Origin: Deltaproteobacteria bacterium
GTDB taxonomy: Bacteria; Myxococcota_A; Polyangia; DRWM01; JAAZOP01
Length of the DNA stretch: 64,000 nt
Direction of reading: 5' to 3'
Assembly: GCA_016218765.1 (NCBI GenBank)
Contig: JACRCZ010000144.1
Location: 43,269 to 107,268 of the forward strand
The first letter of the stretch is position 1, and each line of letters starts with the position of its first letter. The notes under the pieces were generated by a model that saw only the letters and a program-made list of their open reading frames with translations, was not told the origin of the DNA and searched no databases. The position numbers and the translations under genes were made by a program. Below, one piece after another: positions 10,327 to 19,207 of this stretch.

Positions 10327-12090
10327 CTACCCGCCCTTCGTCGCCGCCCCCCCGATGACCCCCGCCCGCGGCGTGCCGCGGCGCCCTCCCGGAGAGCCCC
10401 GCGCCGCTACCCCATCCTTGATCCGCTTGATGTGCCCCCGCCCCAACGCCTTCACCTCGCACCCCAGCTCGAAATACCGCCGGATCTTCTCGTCGGAGAG
10501 GATGCCGAAACAGTCGATCACTGCGAGCGGCCCCCCCGCCCACTTCACGACGTCGTCGGGCGCCAGATCCAGGTACGGGGCGTGACGCACCGCCAGGATC
10601 AGGCACTCGATGCCCTTCATCGCCGCTCGCAGGTCCTTCTGCACCCGCAGGTGAACCAGGTCCTCCTGGTTGCGGAAGAAACGCGACCACGAATGGCCGG
10701 GCGCAGGATACGTGTCCTGCGCCTCGAACTCGTACCAGTGGTCCACGTACGGGTCGTGCACCCTTAGCTGCGCCCCCATCTCCGTCAGTTTCCGCACCAC
10801 GATCTCCGACCCGCTGTACCGCGTGTCCCCCACGTCCTCCCGGTACGACGCCCCGCACACCAACACGTCCGCCGCCGCGATGTGCCGCCCCATGTTGCGC
10901 AACGCGTCGCGCGCCAGCTCCGCCACGTGCAACGCCCGCGTGTCGTTCACGTTGATTGCCGTCGTCGTGATCTTGAACAGGTCGTCCTGGAACCCAAGGA
11001 GATGCTTGTACGCCCAGTACCCCAACCCACCGTCCTTCGGCAGGCAGTACCCCCCGATCCCAGGCCCCGGGAAAATCATGTTGCTGTGCGTCGGCCGCAT
11101 CTTGATCGCGTTGATCACCTTGATGAGGTCCACCCCGTTGCGCTCGGAGAACAACGACCACTCGTCCAGGAACGCCAGGATCGTCGCACGATACGAGTTC
11201 TCCACGATCTTCGTCGTCTCCGACTCGATCGGCCGGTCCATCACCGTCAGCGGGAAGTCCCTGGTGTTCAACACCTCGTGCAGGAACTTCACCACCCGCT
11301 TCCTCGCCTGCTCGTTGCACCCCGCGCAGACCCGCCAGAAGTCCCGGATCGAAGACACGTAGTTCTTCCCCGGCATCACCCGCTCGAAGCTGTGCGCCAG
11401 GATCGGCGCCGACCGGATCCCCCGCGCCGCGAACGCCTTCTTCAGGATCGGCCACGCCACGAACTCCGTCGTCCCCGGCGCCACCGTCGTCTCGATCAAC
11501 ACCATCGCCTTGGGCGGGATCCGCGCGCCGATCGTCTTCAGCGTCTCCTCGAGCGCCCGCATCTCCACCTCGCCCGTCGCGAGGTTCCCCAGCTCCTGCT
11601 TCGCATAGTCGCACTGCACGTCGACTACCACGCAGTCCGCCAGCTTGAGGCAGTCCGCGTTGAACGTTGCCGTCAACGTCTGCTTCTCCAGCACGCACCG
11701 CGCGATCATCGGGTCGACCTCGGGATCCTCCGCCTTCACCGGCGAAACCCCGCGGTTGAGGAGCGGAATCTTCCAGTAGCTGCGCGTGCTCGGCCGCTGG
11801 CAGCCGATGACGAGCTTGGTGGGCTTCCCGGTCTTGGGGTGGACGGTGTCGGCGACGATCGCGGCCATCACCGCGCCGACGAAGCCGAGCCCCATCACCA
11901 CCACGATCTCTTCGCCGCGCGAGCGCGCCGCCGCCGCCAAGGCCTCGATGCGCTCCAGCTCGGTCGCGTACTCCGCGGCGGTGGGCAGCGCGAACTCCTC
12001 GCCCGAGGGGCTTATCGCGACGGGTTGCTCCGCGCACGCCCGAACACCGTCGGCGGCGGTCGAATTCTTCGCGGCCTTGCGTGGACTCAT
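10327..12090 (-). CDS. Nucleotide-sugar dehydrogenase (UDP-glucose/GDP-mannose dehydrogenase family), long form
   Basis: ATG 12090 with GAAGGAGG upstream. VVVMGLGFVGAVMA Rossmann motif and GPGIGGYCLPKD catalytic-Cys motif. Length 587 aa, with N- and C-terminal extensions. Confidence 0.85.
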   Translation of the reverse strand: MSPRKAAKNSTAADGVRACAEQPVAISPSGEEFALPTAAEYATELERIEALAAAARSRGEEIVVVMGLGFVGAVMAAIVADTVHPKTGKPTKLVIGCQRPSTRSYWKIPLLNRGVSPVKAEDPEVDPMIARCVLEKQTLTATFNADCLKLADCVVVDVQCDYAKQELGNLATGEVEMRALEETLKTIGARIPPKAMVLIETTVAPGTTEFVAWPILKKAFAARGIRSAPILAHSFERVMPGKNYVSSIRDFWRVCAGCNEQARKRVVKFLHEVLNTRDFPLTVMDRPIESETTKIVENSYRATILAFLDEWSLFSERNGVDLIKVINAIKMRPTHSNMIFPGPGIGGYCLPKDGGLGYWAYKHLLGFQDDLFKITTTAINVNDTRALHVAELARDALRNMGRHIAAADVLVCGASYREDVGDTRYSGSEIVVRKLTEMGAQLRVHDPYVDHWYEFEAQDTYPAPGHSWSRFFRNQEDLVHLRVQKDLRAAMKGIECLILAVRHAPYLDLAPDDVVKWAGGPLAVIDCFGILSDEKIRRYFELGCEVKALGRGHIKRIKDGVAARGSPGGRRGTPRAGVIGGAATKGG

Positions 12091-12218
12091 GGGTCCTCCT
12101 TCGTGCGGCGCGACTAGAGCACGGGCGCCCTTGCGAGCGCAACCGGAGTTCGCTTGCTGGGCTGGTTTGTTGCGCGGGAGGCTTCGGGGATTTCGGGGGG
12201 AGCACTCCTGTCATCGGC

Positions 12219-13460
12219 CTATCGCTCCCCCATCACCCGGTCCAACGCCGGCGGCACCCTCACCCCCTCCAACCCCAGCTTGTAGGCCACATTGCCATAC
12301 ACGACGCGCGCCTGGTCGACCGCTCGATCGTTGAGCGCCACCAGCAACGCGTAGCTCGGCCACTTGCGCCGCAGCACGGCGCCACGCTCCAGGAACCACT
12401 CCGGCGACCCCAACGCGTCCAACACCCGCGCCCGCACCGCCCACGGTCGTACCCGCCCCGCCAGCTCCGCCGCTCCGGACGAGCCGCAGATCTGTGCGAC
12501 CAGACTCAGCGCGAAAAAACTCGGCGACCACGTCGCACTCCGCTCCACCAACCGCCGCAACTCGCTCGCCCGGAGCGCCGCCGACTCCCCGCCGTCCGCC
12601 GCCTCCTCCCCCCCGCCCGCCGACCGTCGTCCGCCGTCCGCCGCCTCCCGCCCGACCGCACGCCCTGCCCTGAGTCCTGAGCGAGCGAAGCGAGTCGAAG
12701 GGTCCCCCCCGCCCCCTGCCGCCTCCAGGAATCGCCGCAGGTCCAACAGCCACTTCAGCGACGCGCCGTACCCGTGCTGCGCCACGTGCAGCAGCAACCC
12801 GAGCAGCTCCATCGTTGGAGCCAGCCTCCGCTCGAACGACCCCGCCCCTCCCCCCGCCGCACTCGCACCCTCCCATGGCTCGCGCGCCGGAATCCCCCGC
12901 CCGAAACTCGATGTCACCCTCCAGTGCAGTTCCAGCCGCCCCGAAAAACCGGCAGGCGCCTCGTAGCCGTGGTGGTGCGCAAACCGCTCCTGTCGCTCCC
13001 ACATCGCCGGCGCCTCGCCCGCCCAGCCCGCCTCCCGCAACACCCCATCCGCACCCTCCACGTCCCGCTCACGGATCAAAACGTCGATGTCGCTCAGGTG
13101 CCGCGTCCCGGGGTCCGCATACAACGTCTCGAGCAACCGGATGCCCTTGAGCGGGATGTGCTCGATCCCCGCCCCCGACAGCAGCCGCGAGATACGCTCG
13201 TACGCCGCCAACGCCAGGATCGACCGCGCGGTGTTCTGCGCGTGCTCGGCACGCAAGGCGTCGACGAGGTCGGCCGGCAGGGCGACCCCGGCATCGGTGA
13301 AGACCCGGTGCGCCCAGCCCGCAATCCCGTGCCGCCGCAACAGCCCCAGCAGCTCCGTGCGGTCTGCGGCGTCGAGCGCCGCGACGTCGTCGAGGGGATA
13401 GGCGCGATCGGGCTGGGCCCGAACGACGGCCAGGAGCAGATGGTGGGAAGGACGAAGCAC
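12219..13460 (-). CDS. Uncharacterised nucleotidyltransferase-family protein
   Basis: 413-aa ORF with a GTG start. LKGIRLLETLYADPGTRHLSDIDVLI is the motif of the 'uncharacterised nucleotidyltransferase' family. There is an internal Gly/Ala/Arg-rich low-complexity insert. Confidence 0.65.
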   Translation of the reverse strand: MLRPSHHLLLAVVRAQPDRAYPLDDVAALDAADRTELLGLLRRHGIAGWAHRVFTDAGVALPADLVDALRAEHAQNTARSILALAAYERISRLLSGAGIEHIPLKGIRLLETLYADPGTRHLSDIDVLIRERDVEGADGVLREAGWAGEAPAMWERQERFAHHHGYEAPAGFSGRLELHWRVTSSFGRGIPAREPWEGASAAGGGAGSFERRLAPTMELLGLLLHVAQHGYGASLKWLLDLRRFLEAAGGGGDPSTRFARSGLRAGRAVGREAADGGRRSAGGGEEAADGGESAALRASELRRLVERSATWSPSFFALSLVAQICGSSGAAELAGRVRPWAVRARVLDALGSPEWFLERGAVLRRKWPSYALLVALNDRAVDQARVVYGNVAYKLGLEGVRVPPALDRVMGER

Positions 13461-13476
13461 GGACGGAATGATGCGT

Positions 13477-13533
13477 GGGGAGGGAGGGGAATGTAAATGC
13501 TAAAACATGCGATTACAGACTGGAAACGGGCGG
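13477..13533 (-). repeat. Dispersed T-rich ~55-bp element, copy 1
   Basis: The reverse complement aligns to 28796-28851 (..CCCGTTTCC.G..T.T.ATCGCATGTTT.AGCATTTACATT.CCCC..). It ends 17 nt upstream of the nucleotidyltransferase GTG. Confidence 0.75.
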
Positions 13534-13543
13534 ACGAGGACGC

Positions 13544-14815
13544 TCAGCCCGAACGATCACCCGCTGCGTCAGCGCTCACGCCCGGCGGCCCGCCCAAGAG
13601 GAAGTCCACCCACTCCATCGCCGGCAGTCCGGCACGCTCGACCACCAGTCGCGCCTCCGCGTCGCACAACACCAGCGGCCGGTATTGGGAGAAGCGCCGC
13701 GTGAACTCCCCAAGACCCCGCAGGTCCACGCTTGAGACCTGCCCCGTCTTCACCTCGATCGCCCACGCGCCCCACGACCCGTCCAAGATGCCGTCCACCT
13801 CGAACGGCTCCTCCCGCCAGTACGTCACCCGTTGTCCGGCGTTCCACGCGTGCGCCAGACACGCATTCTCGACCCACGCCCCGAACCGCCGCAGGTCCCC
13901 CGCCCGATCAGGGATGCCCCGCGGGTCCACCGCCGCCAAGAGCGCGTTGTTGAGCGTCACCAGCTTCGGCGGCGCCGCTCGCTGCCGCGCCGGCCGCACC
14001 GCGTGCTTCGGCAACGCCGCCACCAGGAACGCCTCCTCCAGCAACCCGAGGTAGTGGGCGATCGTCTCGAGAGCCCCCGGGTCCCGTAGCTGCCCCTGCA
14101 TCTTCTGCAACGAGACGATCTGCGCCGGCGACGACGCACAGACCCCGAACACCTGCCGCAACAACGCCGGCTTGCGCACCGCCGCCAGCGCAGAAATGTC
14201 ACGACCGATCGCCGGCTCCAGCACGGCATCCCGGACGTAGGCTGCCCACCGCCCCACATCCCCACGAAACCCGAACGCCCCGGGATACGAACCCGTCCCG
14301 ACGAGCGCCAACGCCGCCTCCCGCGCCGATACCCCGAATACCTCCGACAAGGACGCCGCGGACCAGTGCGTCAACGTCAGTCGCTCGAATCGTCCCGCCA
14401 GACTCTCGCGCGCCCCGGCCCCCAACCGCAATGCCGAGGAACCCGTCGCCACCACGTGGATCGGCAGCTTGCGGCGGCGGACCCGATCCCACTCCCCCTT
14501 CAGCCGAGCCGCCCAGTCCGGGTACAGGTGCGCCTCGTCCAACAGCACGACCGCACGCCCTGCACGTCCGGCGGTTTCCTCCCCCCGCACCCACAACCGC
14601 TCCCAGAACCCGGGCACCGCCGCCTCCGGTCCGTCCGCCGCCGCGTAGATCGCCGCCGCACCATGACGCTCCGACAGCTCGAGCAGCAGCGTCGTCTTGC
14701 CCACCTGCCGCGGGCCGCCCAGCAACTGGATGCGACCGGGCGCCGCCTCGGCCAGACGACGCTCGAGGATCTCCCGACACTCCCGGAAACCCAGCCGGTA
14801 CTCAACGGAAGTCAT
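13544..14815 (-). CDS. AAA_14 ATPase with DUF4143-type C-terminal domain
   Basis: Walker A GGPRQVGKTTLL and Walker B VVLLDEAH. The C-terminus (..WAIEVKTG..) fits the DUF4143/PD-(D/E)xK-like module. Confidence 0.8.
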   Translation of the reverse strand: MTSVEYRLGFRECREILERRLAEAAPGRIQLLGGPRQVGKTTLLLELSERHGAAAIYAAADGPEAAVPGFWERLWVRGEETAGRAGRAVVLLDEAHLYPDWAARLKGEWDRVRRRKLPIHVVATGSSALRLGAGARESLAGRFERLTLTHWSAASLSEVFGVSAREAALALVGTGSYPGAFGFRGDVGRWAAYVRDAVLEPAIGRDISALAAVRKPALLRQVFGVCASSPAQIVSLQKMQGQLRDPGALETIAHYLGLLEEAFLVAALPKHAVRPARQRAAPPKLVTLNNALLAAVDPRGIPDRAGDLRRFGAWVENACLAHAWNAGQRVTYWREEPFEVDGILDGSWGAWAIEVKTGQVSSVDLRGLGEFTRRFSQYRPLVLCDAEARLVVERAGLPAMEWVDFLLGGPPGVSADAAGDRSG

Positions 14816-15104
14816 GGCCGAACAATTATTCGACTACGGTCGAATAATCAAGTGCACGCTCGCCCACCAGGGCGACGAATGCTCGCGACTCCGGGCGCTG
14901 CCCCTTGGCGTTGGGACACGAAGTCCGGGATGCTCCGGCCGCGTCGAACGACGCGAAGGGCCGATGGACGATCGGGAATTCGTCGCGCGAATGCGCGCCT
15001 GCTCGACCGCTCGATCCCAACCCATCCCACCGTTGACACCCGACCCGCCCCTCCCAGAGGATGACCCGACCAACGAACCCGAGAGGTCGCGCATCACGAA
15101 GAAA

Positions 15105-15350
15105 ACTCCCCCGCCCAAACCCCTCGCACCCAAACCGATCGCACCCAAACCCGTAGCGCCGACCACCCCCGCACCCCACTCCCCCACCCCAATCACCCAC
15201 CCATCCCCCCCCGCACCCCCGCCGACCCCACCCTCCCATCCGCACTCCCCCGCACTCCCCGCACTCCCCGCACTCCCCTCTTCCCCCCTCCCCCCCTCTC
15301 CGCCCCCCCTCTCCCCCTCTCCTCCATCCCCCGCATCCTCGCCGCCCTCG
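15105..15350 (+). repeat. Strand-asymmetric C-rich, G-poor low-complexity tract (G-rich on the minus, sense strand) with 3x GCACTCCCC
   Basis: About 245 nt almost devoid of G on the plus strand, with many C3-C8 runs. It lies between the SNF2 stop and the ATPase start. Confidence 0.9.
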
Positions 15351-15396
15351 ACGCCTGCCACACCGCCCTCGCGTGACCCCCCCGTCCATTCTGAAG

Positions 15397-15432
15397 ACCG
15401 AAAACCGAAAACTGAAAACTGCGCCTCGGCGC
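15397..15432 (-). terminator. Weak intrinsic-terminator-like signal after the SNF2 gene
   Basis: On the minus strand GCGCCGAGGCGC (4-bp stem, 4-nt loop) is followed by AGTTTTCAGTTTTCGGTTTTCGG, starting 10 nt after the stop. The stem is short. Confidence 0.3.
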
Positions 15433-15442
15433 GTAATCTTCC

Positions 15443-18229
15443 CTACGTGGACGACGTCGCCGCACCAAGATCCAACGCCACCGTCCGTAGCAGCTCCGCA
15501 TCCGACATCTCCGTCAACAACACCTCCCCACCCGCCGCAATCACGTCGCCCGCCAACGACCGCTTGGACTCGATCAACGCGTCAATCCGCTCCTCCACCG
15601 TCCCGCGACACACGAACTTGTGCACCAGCACGTTCTTCCGCTGCCCGATCCGGAACGCACGGTCCGTCGCCTGATCCTCCACCGCGGGATTCCACCAGCG
15701 GTCGAAATGGATCACGTGCGCCGCCGCCGTCAGGTTGAGCCCCGTCCCCCCAGCCTTCACCGACACCACCAGGAACGGCGGACCATCGTCCGCCTGGAAC
15801 GAATCCACGATCCCCGCCCGCGCCCTCACCGTCGTGCCCCCGTGCAACACCAGCCCCGCTCGCCCGAACACCGTCGCCAGGAACCCGCCCAAGGGCCCCG
15901 TCAGCTCCCGGAACTGCGTGAACACCAGCACCTTCTCCTGCCGCTCCGCGATCTCCTCGCACAGCTCGCGCAACCGCTCGAACTTCCCGCTGTCCCTCGG
16001 CGCGAAAACCCCGTCCCCCAACCACTGCGACGGATGGTTGCAGATCTGCTTGAACCGCAGCAGGAACGACAACACCACCCCCCTCCGGCGAATCCCCTCC
16101 TTGCCCGCAATCACCGCCCCAAGCTCCGCCACCGAACGCTCGTACAACGCCGCCTGCACCGTCGTCAGCGGACAGTACGCTCGCACCTCCGTCTTCTCCG
16201 GAAGATCCGCAATCACGCTCCTGTCCGTCTTCAGCCGCCGCAGGATGTACGGCCGCACCAGCTCGCGCAGCGGCGCGAAACCGGAACCCTTCGGCGGCTC
16301 CAACCGCTTCACGAACTTCGCGAACTGCGTCGGCCCACCCAGCAGCCCGGGACACAGGAAGTCGAAGATCGACCAGAGGTCCGACAGCCGGTTCTCCACC
16401 GGCGTCCCCGTCAACGCCACCCGCGCACGCGCCGGAAGCCTCTTCGCCGCCCGCGTCTGCTTCGCCGAGGGATTCTTGATCGCCTGCGCCTCGTCCAACG
16501 CCACCACGTCCCACTCCCGCTCCACCAGCCACGGATTCCTCAACAACGTCCCGTACGTCGTGATCACCACGTCCGCGCCCCCCAGCCGCTTCCGCGGCTC
16601 CTCCGCCAGCTCCACCGCAGGCGTCACCGACGGATGCGCCACGAACACCCGCAAAACCGGCGCAAACCGCTCCAGCTCTCGACACAAGTTCGCGATCAAG
16701 GAGGCCGCCACCACCAGCAACGAAGGAGGGGGAAACTCCCGATCGTCGGCACGCACTCTTGCATTTCCAATCGCATGTTTCCTGTTTTCGATTCGTTCGG
16801 CCCCCTCCCGCCGCTCACCCCTGCGAAGCACCAGCAGCCCAATCAGCTGAACCGTCTTCCCCAATCCCATGTCGTCCGCCAGACACGCCCCAAGCCCCAG
16901 CGAGCTCAGCAGCCGCAGCCATCGCACCCCCACCACCTGGTACGGACGAAGCACCGCGCGCAGCCCGGATCCCGGGTCGGCCCCCTCGCCCGCCTCGCCC
17001 GGTCGCCGCAGCCGCGCCAGAAGCTCCGCCAGCCACGGCCCCGCCACCACCTGCGACCACTCCCCCGAACGATCCTCGATCGGCGCCTCCGACTCCGCCG
17101 GCGCCACCTCCGCCCCGGCCAACAGCCGCATCCCCTCGATGAACGACACCCCACCCCGAGCGGCCGCACGCTCCATCCTCTTCCAGCCGTCCAGCAGCCC
17201 CTGCAGCTTCTCCCGGTCCACCTCCACCCAGCGCCCCTTGAGCCGCACCAGACCGCCCGCCCCCTCGCGCAACGCTCGCCACTCCTCCGCGCCCACCGCC
17301 TCGCCGTCCAGCGTCAGCCCCACCGAGAACTCGAGCAGCTCGTTCAGCCCCAGCTTCCCCTGCACACCCCCCACCGTCACCGTGACGCGCGGACGCGGAG
17401 GACGCTGCGGCTTCCACCAGTCGGGCACCCGCACCACCACCCCGCTCTGCTCCAGCACCGGAACGTCCCGCAGGAAACGGTGCGCCTCCACCGGAGTCCA
17501 CGCCAAGGATTGGTAGATCGCCCCGGACTCCACCAGACCCGCCACGAACTCGGACCGCTCCGCCGCCCGCTGCACCGGCGAAAGCAGCGCCTCAAGCTTC
17601 CGGCGGTTCCGCTCGCCCGCGTAGTCCTGCAACGCCCGCCCCAACGGCCGGTGCTGCACCAGCGAGGACTCGCCGACCCGCGCCGCGTACGTCGCAAGAA
17701 ACGCGAACGGACGCTCCTCGTCGTTGCGGTTCTCCAGAAGACGGAAACTGACGCGACCTACCGCGCTCCAGGCAGGGTCGCAACGGCCAAGCCACGCCCG
17801 GACGTCACCCCCGGCCGCCGCGATGGACGCTCGCGCCGCCTCCAACGTCTGCCCCCACAGACACCGCAACACGCCGGCGTCCAGGTACTCGCCCCCGATC
17901 ATCGGCGGAGCCGCCGCCATCCGCGCAAGAAGCTCGTCCTCCGGAGCAGGCAGCTCGAGCGTCCGCCACGACGCCTCGATCTCGGGATGCGTGCAAAGAC
18001 GCGCCATGAACAGCCTGCCGAAATCGCGCCAGTACGTCAGCACCGGCGGAAGCTGCGTCGAAGTCTCCGCCGATCCGAGGTGCAAGAGACCCGCTCCGGA
18101 ACCCGCCGTGAACGCACGCAGGATGCGGTGCGCCGCCGCGGGATCCAGCAGCCGCGCCGACGACTCCGGATCGGGAGCCACGAAAATGCGACCGTGCGGC
18201 GAAAGGAAGGCCGTCCACGCCATGACCAC
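15443..18229 (-). CDS. SNF2-family helicase/ATPase with SNF2-associated N-terminal domain
   Basis: Motifs LADDMGLGKT, VALDEAQAIKN, LTGTPVENRLSDLW, QATDRAFRIGQ. GTG 18229 or ATG 18223 are possible starts. An extra ~20-30 aa sits between motifs I and Ia. Confidence 0.9.
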   Translation of the reverse strand: MVMAWTAFLSPHGRIFVAPDPESSARLLDPAAAHRILRAFTAGSGAGLLHLGSAETSTQLPPVLTYWRDFGRLFMARLCTHPEIEASWRTLELPAPEDELLARMAAAPPMIGGEYLDAGVLRCLWGQTLEAARASIAAAGGDVRAWLGRCDPAWSAVGRVSFRLLENRNDEERPFAFLATYAARVGESSLVQHRPLGRALQDYAGERNRRKLEALLSPVQRAAERSEFVAGLVESGAIYQSLAWTPVEAHRFLRDVPVLEQSGVVVRVPDWWKPQRPPRPRVTVTVGGVQGKLGLNELLEFSVGLTLDGEAVGAEEWRALREGAGGLVRLKGRWVEVDREKLQGLLDGWKRMERAAARGGVSFIEGMRLLAGAEVAPAESEAPIEDRSGEWSQVVAGPWLAELLARLRRPGEAGEGADPGSGLRAVLRPYQVVGVRWLRLLSSLGLGACLADDMGLGKTVQLIGLLVLRRGERREGAERIENRKHAIGNARVRADDREFPPPSLLVVAASLIANLCRELERFAPVLRVFVAHPSVTPAVELAEEPRKRLGGADVVITTYGTLLRNPWLVEREWDVVALDEAQAIKNPSAKQTRAAKRLPARARVALTGTPVENRLSDLWSIFDFLCPGLLGGPTQFAKFVKRLEPPKGSGFAPLRELVRPYILRRLKTDRSVIADLPEKTEVRAYCPLTTVQAALYERSVAELGAVIAGKEGIRRRGVVLSFLLRFKQICNHPSQWLGDGVFAPRDSGKFERLRELCEEIAERQEKVLVFTQFRELTGPLGGFLATVFGRAGLVLHGGTTVRARAGIVDSFQADDGPPFLVVSVKAGGTGLNLTAAAHVIHFDRWWNPAVEDQATDRAFRIGQRKNVLVHKFVCRGTVEERIDALIESKRSLAGDVIAAGGEVLLTEMSDAELLRTVALDLGAATSST
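16752..16797 (+). repeat. Related T-rich element fragment inside the SNF2 CDS (antisense to the gene)
   Basis: Shares the exact 12-mer ATCGCATGTTTC with copy 2, AATCGCATGTT with copy 1, and CTTGCATT with 28757-28764. Confidence 0.55.
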
Positions 18230-18555
18230 GATCTACCGAAGGGCGAGGCTCTTTGCACCGCAATTGCGGACCACCCTCCTCGAACCGTGGCGGAAGGAAA
18301 CGGGGGGGGCGAAATCGCCGAGCCCCCGAGTGGTGGTTTCCTCCAGCCGACCACCTCCCGCCACGCCGTGCAAAGCCCGGATTCCGCGAAGAGTTCGGCA
18401 GCTCGACCCCGACAGCCGCGGACCCCGATGCCCTCCGCCGCCCCACGGCACGCCTCGTGCACGGCTTTCCGTACCGAAGACCGGAGTCGGGGAGGCAACC
18501 CGGGCGAATCGGGGCATCGGGGGAACGTGTCGCTGGGGGTGGAAGGAGACCGACC

Positions 18556-19194
18556 ATGGTAGCGCTGTTTGTCCTGGGTACGATCCTGCTCTTCGTCGCC
18601 GCCGACGCGATCGTCGTGTACTTCCGCAAGGGCGAGCCGGCCGTCGAAGCCGGACCCACGCTGCGCCCGGAAAGGCTGCCCGCGGGCCTGTTCGTCGACG
18701 CCCGCCACTCCTGGGTCGCCCTCCAGCCCGACGGCACCGTGCGCGTCGGACTCGACGCCCTGGCCCGGAAGCTCGTCGGGACCATCGACGAGGTCCGCTT
18801 CGTCGCCCAGGGCAACCGCCTCGCTCGCGGCGAGACGCTGCTCTGGGTCCGCGCGGGCGACATCGAAATCCCCGTCGCCTCGCCCGTCACCGGCACCGTC
18901 CAGGCCACCCAGGTCCCGGCTGCCGGCGCCAACGGGACCGACGCCGCCGCGTGGCTCGTGTCCCTCGCCCCCGAACGGCTGGGCTTCGAAATCCGCGCCT
19001 GGCGCGTCGCCGAGGAAGCCGCCGCGTGGATGAAAGCCGAATACCGGCGCCTGTCGGAAACCCTCGTCCGCACCCATGCCGCCACCGCGAACGCCATGCC
19101 GGACGGCGGCGAACCCGCCGACGGCTTCATCCGACTCCTGGACCCGAAGTCGCGCGAGGAAATCCTCCGCGCGTTCCTCACCCGGGACGCGTGA
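18556..19194 (+). CDS. Membrane-anchored glycine-cleavage-H-like (lipoyl-fold) protein lacking the lipoyl lysine
   Basis: ATG 18556 with GGAAGGAGA upstream and one N-terminal TM helix. HSWVALQPDGTVRVGLD..GETLLWVRAGDIEIPVASPVTGTV aligns by eye to the GcvH core, with Arg99 where the lipoyl Lys is expected. Confidence 0.6.
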   Translation: MVALFVLGTILLFVAADAIVVYFRKGEPAVEAGPTLRPERLPAGLFVDARHSWVALQPDGTVRVGLDALARKLVGTIDEVRFVAQGNRLARGETLLWVRAGDIEIPVASPVTGTVQATQVPAAGANGTDAAAWLVSLAPERLGFEIRAWRVAEEAAAWMKAEYRRLSETLVRTHAATANAMPDGGEPADGFIRLLDPKSREEILRAFLTRDA

Positions 19195-19207
19195 CGGAGA
19201 CCCACCC

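Noticed and set aside
14697-15674. 325-aa proline-rich ORF across the C-rich tract
   Set aside because: The composition simply mirrors the C-rich low-complexity DNA. It runs antisense into the well-supported SNF2 3' end and has no RBS or credible start. I treat it as non-coding.
18241-18257. Sigma-54-like GGCGAG-N-TTTGCA upstream of the GcvH-like operon
   Set aside because: The GG-to-GC spacing is one nucleotide too long and the -24 element is poor. The nearby regulator also lacks GAFTGA, so there is no supporting logic.
19076-19207. Upstream extension of the FeS-protein ORF that might supply a Tat signal
   Set aside because: The extension overlaps the GcvH-like gene by about 120 nt and contains no twin-arginine consensus with a hydrophobic stretch. 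ATG 19208 lies 13 nt after the upstream stop.
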